A stretch of 32,000 bases of DNA from Staphylothermus hellenicus DSM 12710 (GTDB lineage: Archaea > Thermoproteota > Thermoprotei_A > Sulfolobales > Desulfurococcaceae): positions 1,170,001 to 1,202,000 of the forward strand of contig NC_014205.1 of the NCBI RefSeq assembly GCF_000092465.1, written 5' to 3'. The notes beneath the pieces were generated by a model that worked only from the letters and a program-made list of their open reading frames with translations, had not been told where the DNA came from and did no database searches. Position 1 is the first letter of the stretch, and each line of letters begins with the position of its first letter. Both the position numbers and the translations under genes were made by a program. This document shows, piece by piece, positions 23,619 to 30,758 of this stretch.

Positions 23619-26600
23619 TTATATCGGAATGATTGTGAATCCTCTAATATTTGTAGAGACTCTAACGTCGTTGAATACTAGGTCTGGGGAGTATTGTGTA
23701 TGAATTACTTGTATCGGAATAATTATGGTTCCTGGAACATTTGTGGAGTCTCTTATGCCGTTTAATGTTAAGCCTAGTGAGTATTGTGGAATATAGGTTA
23801 GCTCCACGATGAGATAAGCTGTAACATTTGTGTTCGTAGTGGTATTGATTCTTATTGGAATCACGTGGTAGTTGCCAAAACCTAATTCGCTAGGCACAGT
23901 AATGGAAGCATTACCTTCAACAACAACTGTATGGAGTTTTGCATAGCTTAATGTATATGAGCCGTATAGTATTAGGTTCTCGGTAAATACTGTTTCAGCT
24001 GACCCTGTTGAACTGCTTGCTTCAGTTTCGATTGTTATTGCTCTGGCGCTAGCTCTTATTGGAACTATTATTATCTTAAATGGTTCTGGATAATATTTTG
24101 ATGCATCGATTAGAGTATTGCGGATTATTACCCAGTATGTTCCAGTTGTAGTTATTGGTGCAAATACTTCTGCAAACCTTGCTGCTGGTTTGTCATAGTG
24201 TGTACACCATCCAGATCCGTATAGGTATAGTGATAATTTTGCAGCAATTACTGAGCCATAGTATTCTGTGTCGGGTGGGCCAGCTAGGAATTCTGGTGAT
24301 CCGTAGCCGGCAACGGCTAAATCAATATTTGTATCATTGCCTTTCCATTTAACGGAAACCACTAGGCCGACAATGCTGCTATCATTAATATCTATTGGGA
24401 ACATGCGCCAGTCTCCGCTTTCATATCTCCACGACCAATCAAAGGCTCCTTCAACATAGTAGTTTTCATATAATGTACCAGTCATTGGCCCATGTAGTTC
24501 AACGTATTTATCATTTGGCGTAATCGTTTGTTTCACAACAATTGAGACAGGTACTAATACTTTTTTAGAGCCATTATTTACAACAATGTAGCCTTCATAT
24601 GCACCTGGCTTCGCATTCTCTGGGACATTAATCTTTACATTTACTTCTCCACCGCTTGATGAGGCTGGAAGACTTATCCAGTCCCATTTAACCGGTTTGG
24701 CTCTGACAATTTCTAGCTTGAATGGTACAATAACATATCCGTTTAGATAATAATATGTATTAATGAATACTCTGAGGTCAAATAATAGGCCCTTAGTAAT
24801 ATTCGTTGGTAGTCCACCTAAGTATTCACTAACTCTCTCTGTGATATAATTGATCTTTTCAACTGGTTTGCCTATTTGTACATGGAGGCTGTTAGCATAT
24901 CTTATATCATAGTTTATTCTAGATGTTTCACTCATTTCTGGAATACCGTTTCCGTCTAGGTCAAACCAGTAGTGTGCTTCTGCTCCAACAAGTATCCATG
25001 GACCTTGATATATGGGAGAGGTATATTCTCCATTCCTGCCCATAGGATCAAATACTTTGTATGGATAACTAGCTATAAACTGTACGTAATAGTCATTATT
25101 GTATGCTGATTCCTTGACAGGTATTAGTATGTGTGATATAAGTGGATAACTTATATTTAGAATTAATTCATCGTTTTCTACGCCTACAATTAAGTTGGAT
25201 AATGGTATGGGTCCTTCAGGTGTCCATGCTATGGCTCTGTCTAAGTCGAGGTAGTTTATTAGGTTTTCTCTGGTTACCTGGAACGTGTAAGCTTTAAGCT
25301 TGTAATTACCTGTTCCATTAATGTATAATGTATATTCCTTGGATGAGCCCGCAGCCATAGGACCTGTATAGATCTGTGTGTCCTCAACAGGTTCTAACTG
25401 GTATCCCAGTTTTTCTAAATTGTCATATACTGAATAACTATAGACACGAGGTATTGATTCATTTAATACTGCGGTAACAGCGTTGTATACGTCTACCTGA
25501 CCCGATCCCTGAACATATGGATCATATCCCAGGTCTCTAGCTGAGCTCTTAAGAATTGTTTTGACATAGCCTGGTGTAGGAGGCTCGCCATATTTAGACA
25601 TATAAGCGTTTATGATTAATGCTACGCTTCCAGAAGTCATTGGTGTTGCTTCACTTGTTCCACTGAATAAATTGTATGCCATAGATCCGTTTCCTAAGCC
25701 AAAATGCCATGGAGAAGGTGCCCATGCAAAGCTACCTATATTCACTACATCAGGCTTAGCTGTTCCTAGATCTGTTGGGCCTCTATCGCTCCAGCTAACA
25801 ACTTCTCCTCCTGGACCGGGCAGGTACCCATATAGTGGCCTATAGTCGAATAATGTGCTTGCACCAACGCTTATTACTAGATCAGCAGCACCCGGCATTG
25901 TTGCTGTGCCGTAACCAGGGCCTCCATTACCCATAGCGTGAACTATAACTGTTCCAGATACTGATGTAATATAGTTTTCAAGCATACTCATGGGATCGGC
26001 TCCGGACATGAAGCCTGATAAAGCAATATAGCTGCTTCCCCAACTATTACTGATAACATGGGCTTTATGATTGCCTGTAAGAGTCCAGTTCCATGGTACA
26101 CCTGCTGGATCGAAGCCTGCGAAGAAGAATTCTGATGTAATCGCGTTTATTAGGTAGCCTGGTGCTGAAGCGATTTTAGCTTCGGGAGCAACGCCTTTAA
26201 GCCTGTAGGTTCCATATCCAAGGTTATATACTGTTCTTCCCCTACTAGCTATTACACTAGCACAGCTTGTGCCGTGTCCATACCAGTCATATGCTATTGA
26301 TACATAGTTTCCATAGGGGTCTAGTCCAGGCAATATATGGGCATAGTTTTCCCATGCAATATCCCAGTCGCCTTCTGATGATTCTGTAAATAATCCGAGC
26401 CAATCATAAGTGTATCCAGCTAATGTACCAATACTTATATCGTTAACTCCGTCACCCGTGAAGTCTCTGGCAAGGACTTCGGAGCCGTAATATGCTGCTG
26501 GTTCGTCAGCGAAGCTGAAGTCTTGCCATGAAGGATCAGGGGTTACAGTTGTATAATTTACTTCGCTAAGTGCTTCGATCACATAGTAATATGTTGTTGA

Positions 26601-27656
26601 TATATCTGCATATACTGTGTCATAATATCCATCATCATTAGTGTCTGCAAACAATATAGGAACCGTGTATTGAATTAGTGCTTCTCCGTAAGACGGCCAT
26701 ACGGTCTGAACTGCTATTCCAAATTTAAATGTATCATCCTTGCTATGTATGTTTCCGACATAGAAGCTTGACAGAGGGAATACCTTAACAGAGTCACCAT
26801 TAGGTGTGGATGCAGTTACCCATCCATAGCTTGTCTTACCAATGGCGGGATATCCAAAGTAGAGCCCGAACCAGTCGAAATACATTACTGGGCTATTAAT
26901 GTTTATGAATCCAGAACTATCCTTGGTAACAGTGTTGAAAGTGAGCACTAAACCTATTTCGTCTGAGTCAAATATTAGTGGGACACCATTATTTGTTCTA
27001 GCAATAGCATCTGGCCCTAGATCGGTGATGCCGAAATCTACGCCTGTATCGACAACTGCTACCTTGACGCCTCTACCGGTAATATTGTACTCTTCCCAAA
27101 CCTTGGATGCACCAATTGTACTAGTAGCAGCGTATAGTGTTGGTTCTAACTTTCCTATGCTCCTGCTTTCCAAATTCTTCTCTGAAAATATGGTGTTAAT
27201 AGGAGATATTTCGGGGAAAATCCTCTGTATATTGGGGTTTTTAGCTAGAGCCTCTACATCTTCCTTAGTAGCCCATGCTTCCACATACCATATACTACCA
27301 ATTCTGTGACCAAATATTATTCCCTCAGTATGTCTGGCTAGATCATTTATATCTATATTGCTTGAAGCAACTATCCCGATCTTAACCTGTCCCTTCCTAA
27401 TAATCTTTACCGGCTCTCCAGGGATCATATCAGAACTGAACCTAGGCGCGTTAACACCGAATTTCTTTAAGAAGCCTTCTTCGTAAAAGCTATCCTTCAA
27501 TAGCAAGGGGTCAACTTTGCTCTGCCATAAGCCATTATTATTAGGCTCCGTAACACTAGTTGTAGTTGCGGGAGCTATATACACAGTAATACTCAATACA
27601 AGAAGAGCCAATACTAATATCGTAGATAATTGTTTAACCATGACACATACACCCAT
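23619..27656 (-). CDS. secreted subtilisin-family serine protease, pyrolysin/STABLE-like (1345 aa)
   Basis: Catalytic residues were checked codon by codon: Asp203 in VAVVDTGVD (27048-27050), His461 in YGHGTSCAS (26274-26276), and Ser668 in SGTSEATPMTSG (25653-25655). The oxyanion Asn lies in AMGNGGP. A signal peptide (MVKQLSTILVLALLVLSI) follows if the start is ATG 27641. About 650 aa of beta-rich C-terminal extension follow the catalytic domain. Confidence 0.9.
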   Translation of the reverse strand: MGVCVMVKQLSTILVLALLVLSITVYIAPATTTSVTEPNNNGLWQSKVDPLLLKDSFYEEGFLKKFGVNAPRFSSDMIPGEPVKIIRKGQVKIGIVASSNIDINDLARHTEGIIFGHRIGSIWYVEAWATKEDVEALAKNPNIQRIFPEISPINTIFSEKNLESRSIGKLEPTLYAATSTIGASKVWEEYNITGRGVKVAVVDTGVDFGITDLGPDAIARTNNGVPLIFDSDEIGLVLTFNTVTKDSSGFININSPVMYFDWFGLYFGYPAIGKTSYGWVTASTPNGDSVKVFPLSSFYVGNIHSKDDTFKFGIAVQTVWPSYGEALIQYTVPILFADTNDDGYYDTVYADISTTYYYVIEALSEVNYTTVTPDPSWQDFSFADEPAAYYGSEVLARDFTGDGVNDISIGTLAGYTYDWLGLFTESSEGDWDIAWENYAHILPGLDPYGNYVSIAYDWYGHGTSCASVIASRGRTVYNLGYGTYRLKGVAPEAKIASAPGYLINAITSEFFFAGFDPAGVPWNWTLTGNHKAHVISNSWGSSYIALSGFMSGADPMSMLENYITSVSGTVIVHAMGNGGPGYGTATMPGAADLVISVGASTLFDYRPLYGYLPGPGGEVVSWSDRGPTDLGTAKPDVVNIGSFAWAPSPWHFGLGNGSMAYNLFSGTSEATPMTSGSVALIINAYMSKYGEPPTPGYVKTILKSSARDLGYDPYVQGSGQVDVYNAVTAVLNESIPRVYSYSVYDNLEKLGYQLEPVEDTQIYTGPMAAGSSKEYTLYINGTGNYKLKAYTFQVTRENLINYLDLDRAIAWTPEGPIPLSNLIVGVENDELILNISYPLISHILIPVKESAYNNDYYVQFIASYPYKVFDPMGRNGEYTSPIYQGPWILVGAEAHYWFDLDGNGIPEMSETSRINYDIRYANSLHVQIGKPVEKINYITERVSEYLGGLPTNITKGLLFDLRVFINTYYYLNGYVIVPFKLEIVRAKPVKWDWISLPASSSGGEVNVKINVPENAKPGAYEGYIVVNNGSKKVLVPVSIVVKQTITPNDKYVELHGPMTGTLYENYYVEGAFDWSWRYESGDWRMFPIDINDSSIVGLVVSVKWKGNDTNIDLAVAGYGSPEFLAGPPDTEYYGSVIAAKLSLYLYGSGWCTHYDKPAARFAEVFAPITTTGTYWVIIRNTLIDASKYYPEPFKIIIVPIRASARAITIETEASSSTGSAETVFTENLILYGSYTLSYAKLHTVVVEGNASITVPSELGFGNYHVIPIRINTTTNTNVTAYLIVELTYIPQYSLGLTLNGIRDSTNVPGTIIIPIQVIHTQYSPDLVFNDVRVSTNIRGFTIIPI

Positions 27657-27680
27657 CCCATTTAATCATCTATAATACTA

Positions 27681-27693
27681 TTTACCCGGGTAA
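27681..27693. promoter_or_regulatory. TTTACCCGGG motif within the perfect palindrome TTACCCGGGTAA, upstream of the protease gene
   Basis: Read directly, about 25-50 nt upstream of the protease start codons. The half-site TTACCCG recurs at 27706-27712. The same 10-mer occurs upstream of the 871-aa gene. Confidence 0.35.
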
Positions 27694-27918
27694 TAGTAAT
27701 AAGTCTTACCCGATGAACCATATTCAAAGTTTAAAGATACATATAAATAATATCTTCAACTTATACTTCATATTCTTAGAATCTTAGAACTCCTCTAAAA
27801 TATTCTTAATAGAAACAAAAAATACTATTAGTACTCTATAACAGAAAACGAAAAATTATATTGTTACGAGAAAATATTTAAAAAATAATTGATTTTTAAT
27901 ATGATTTCCCTATATTAT

Positions 27919-30534
27919 TTAAGGCTTCTTTCTAAAGGCTCCATATAGTGCTGCTACTATGGCTATAATTATGAGTATTATTGATGTTATTCCATACATG
28001 TTGACTAGGTTTGTAAGGTCACCAGTGCTCTTGCTTAGTTTATCTGTTATGCTTGTACCGAGATTGTCGATTTTACTGCTTAAGTCCCCTGTTGACTTAT
28101 CGATTTTTGATGATAATGTGCTTGTGGAGCTGTCGATCTTGCCGCTGAGATCGTCTACTTTACCGTTAAGGCCGCTTAAACTGTTCTTAATATCGTTTAT
28201 GCCTCCCTTTACATCTGTGGACATCGACTTAATGTCTGCAAGGCTACCCATTACACTGTCGAGTTTGCTCAATATGTTTCCAGTATCTACTAGGACCTTA
28301 CTGTTAATTAGATCGTTTACAGCGTTAATGCTTGCTAGTACTTCTCCTACCTTTGTCTGAATAACTGCTAGGGTATTGTTATTGACAACTACAAGCTCTA
28401 ATATCCTAGCCTGGTTTCCTAGGATAGCTGATGCATCAGCCATAACCGTGCCAAGGTTTGTCTGTATAGTTGCTACACCATTGTTTATATCCCTAATTAT
28501 AGGTCTTAGCTCATCGATCTGAGCAGTGATCGTGGCCACTACTTCTCCATTCTTAGTAATAACCAGATTAGCCAAGCTACTGTTCATATCGTCAAGCTTC
28601 AATAATACCTCATCACCCATACTAGTAATCATGGCCTTCAAATCATCGATTCCTACCCGGACATCGCCGAGCTGTGTCTGAATAACAGCGATGTCGCCCT
28701 GTATAGATACTAAGGATCCATTGATACTGTCAAGTCTGTTCATAACATCCTGTAGGGTTGGCCCAGTCACGTTAAAGTATGCTACTGCTACGGGAACAGC
28801 GGGCCCACTACTATCATAGAGGGCTACTGAATGAACTCCTCCACAGCAACAACCTGTTACTGGAACCTTGGCATGCAGGAAACCGTAATCATCTGATCTT
28901 GCCAGGTAGAAGTAGCTCATGTCTATAATTATATCATAATCATGATGTCCTGGGAAGCCTGTACCAATTATCTTTAGCATCTCTCCATTGCATGAAACCT
29001 TGGCTGGTTCAACCACTAGTTTGGACTTCACAAAGAATTCTGTTCTAGCTATTTCATTTGGCGGGGTCGTAGTATATTGGGGCGCTAATGGATCATCCTC
29101 TGTTGCTAGCACATAATGGCTACCATATGTAGCGTTAGGCACAGTTATTACTACGCACCAATGTGGAGCTGGAACTGTAAAGTTCAGTGCTCTATAATAC
29201 ATGCCGGTGATACTGCTTACATGGAACCATATATTAATGTTTTGTCCTTCATAGGCGTTGAAGTTGTATCCACAAACAGTTACTTGATCTCCCACATATC
29301 CCTCCGTGGGCTCGACTGTAATGTAGGGTGTTACTGTTAGATTAACAGTCACCTTAAACCAGTATACTACGCCGTCATTATCTGTGAACGTCATATTGTA
29401 TGTTCCAGACGGCAAGTATGGTATCACTATTGTATAATTAAGTACTGAACCGTGTTCGTCTAGGGCTACATTGGTTGCAATAACTGTGTTATCCAGCTTT
29501 ATATCAACAGATCCCTCATATGGGAAGTTCCTCATACGAATACTGTATTGTTCTCCCGTATTAAGTATTAGACTCCCTGTGTAATCTCCTTCGTTTTCAT
29601 ATGGTGTTGAGTCAATACATACTCTTCTAGGCTCCTGTGTGAAGTTCCAAGATGCAAGAGTCGCTGAGTTGTTCATGACAGAGACCGTGAAGCTTGACGC
29701 GTTCTCAGTACCAAGCCTCAGCTCTAGATCAGGTGCTTCAATTTGGGCTTCAAATCCTCCCCAAGTCCACTCAGGGTTTGGTGGGACTGCTGGCTCTGTT
29801 ATTACCTGTGTTGAAACTGTAGCTACTACACTTGAATCTACTGTTACGTCGTATTCTCCACCTATAGCTGTCGAGTATCCTCTAACAATAATAGGCTCAT
29901 TGGGAACAGTAGTGAAGTCGTTGTCTACGACAGAGTATGCGTCAAAGCTTGGCTCAAACATTAATCTGTTGGTGGACACAGCTACATCGGAAGATGGTAT
30001 ATTGGGTCTTTCACTGGGATTCACATCTGTTACTTTGATCCAATAAGTAGTGCCGCCATCAAACATTCCTGGAAGCTTCGTGATGTTTACCCAGTTATAA
30101 CCTATACTGACTGCAACATAATCGCCAACTGTCTTATTGAATGGTGCATAGACTGGGACCTGTATAGTGGCGGGAGTGCTGGCTACCACGTCACCCATGT
30201 ATATGGGACCAATATATACAGCATCTCCGGATGCTATCGTAGCGCTGCCGTCCTTTGAGAACCATACCCATATTTGTGCACCGCTAATAGAAGTGTTTCT
30301 AAGATCAATTGCTAAGTACTGACCTGTTCCTAAGAAAGCAGGTACGCTTAAGGGATCGCCTGTGGTAATATTTGTGCCGTTGAAGAAGTATACTGTGGGT
30401 CTGCCAGTTATTGTTGCGCGAGCTATTTGGATCACTGGTAATGTGCCAATTCCTAATGCCAATACCATTGAGACAAGTAGTATTATTCCAAACAAGGATC
30501 TTGTTGTCATATATGACTCCTCCATACAATTCAC
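27919..30534 (-). CDS. membrane-anchored cell-surface protein: N-terminal signal/TM, Ig-like beta domains, long C-terminal stalk with undecad repeats, C-terminal TM anchor
   Basis: The likely start is ATG 30510 (MTTRSLFGIILLVSMVLALG), preceded by GGAGGAG. It carries many N-x-S/T sequons. The stalk spans roughly aa 593-845. The C-terminal TM is ITSIILIIIAIVAALYGAF followed by RKKP. Confidence 0.7.
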   Translation of the reverse strand: MNCMEESYMTTRSLFGIILLVSMVLALGIGTLPVIQIARATITGRPTVYFFNGTNITTGDPLSVPAFLGTGQYLAIDLRNTSISGAQIWVWFSKDGSATIASGDAVYIGPIYMGDVVASTPATIQVPVYAPFNKTVGDYVAVSIGYNWVNITKLPGMFDGGTTYWIKVTDVNPSERPNIPSSDVAVSTNRLMFEPSFDAYSVVDNDFTTVPNEPIIVRGYSTAIGGEYDVTVDSSVVATVSTQVITEPAVPPNPEWTWGGFEAQIEAPDLELRLGTENASSFTVSVMNNSATLASWNFTQEPRRVCIDSTPYENEGDYTGSLILNTGEQYSIRMRNFPYEGSVDIKLDNTVIATNVALDEHGSVLNYTIVIPYLPSGTYNMTFTDNDGVVYWFKVTVNLTVTPYITVEPTEGYVGDQVTVCGYNFNAYEGQNINIWFHVSSITGMYYRALNFTVPAPHWCVVITVPNATYGSHYVLATEDDPLAPQYTTTPPNEIARTEFFVKSKLVVEPAKVSCNGEMLKIIGTGFPGHHDYDIIIDMSYFYLARSDDYGFLHAKVPVTGCCCGGVHSVALYDSSGPAVPVAVAYFNVTGPTLQDVMNRLDSINGSLVSIQGDIAVIQTQLGDVRVGIDDLKAMITSMGDEVLLKLDDMNSSLANLVITKNGEVVATITAQIDELRPIIRDINNGVATIQTNLGTVMADASAILGNQARILELVVVNNNTLAVIQTKVGEVLASINAVNDLINSKVLVDTGNILSKLDSVMGSLADIKSMSTDVKGGINDIKNSLSGLNGKVDDLSGKIDSSTSTLSSKIDKSTGDLSSKIDNLGTSITDKLSKSTGDLTNLVNMYGITSIILIIIAIVAALYGAFRKKP
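28000..28164 (-). repeat. five in-frame 33-nt (11-residue) repeats encoding GKVDDLSGKID / SSTSTLSSKID / KSTGDLSSKID / NLGTSITDKLS / KSTGDLTNLVN
   Basis: The periodicity is visible in both DNA (tgtcgat-like cores every 33 nt) and protein. The repeats lie immediately before the C-terminal membrane anchor. Confidence 0.8.
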
Positions 30535-30604
30535 TCTTTTGTTTTATACTATAACGGAAGGTATTTAATATTTACTACCAATAAAAATCCATATATCCCC
30601 CCTT

Positions 30605-30614
30605 TTTACCCGGG
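30605..30614. promoter_or_regulatory. second copy of TTTACCCGGG, upstream of the 871-aa surface protein gene
   Basis: An identical 10-mer to 27681-27690, embedded in a GC-rich island (30597-30660). Confidence 0.3.
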
Positions 30615-30758
30615 GATCAGGGGTGTATGGGCCAAGTAAAGGATGAAGCCCTGGCTGTGTATCTATTATTAATACATAAATACCAAGTATTAACTATGAA
30701 TAAAAATAATAATATTGTAGAATCCGTATTAAGGTTTTCCATAACATAAATAAGGTTT

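Noticed and set aside
24155-27309. Plus-strand ORFs 24155-24352, 25612-25845 and 26899-27309
   Set aside because: All are antisense to the subtilase gene, whose catalytic triad was verified codon by codon.
27775-27790. Tandem TCTTAGAA x2 in the protease / stalk-gene spacer
   Set aside because: It is short, AT-rich and present in only two copies, so it is not distinguishable from chance.
28000-28164. 33-nt periodic repeats as a possible CRISPR array or non-coding tandem repeat
   Set aside because: The repeats are in frame within a long ORF and encode an 11-residue protein repeat. There is no repeat-spacer architecture, and no cas genes lie in the window.
27959-30568. Plus-strand ORFs 27959-28360, 29116-29340, 29639-30046 and 30362-30568, plus the alternate-frame minus ORF 30305-30529
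   Set aside because: They are shadows or alternate frames of the 871-aa surface protein gene and have low-complexity composition.
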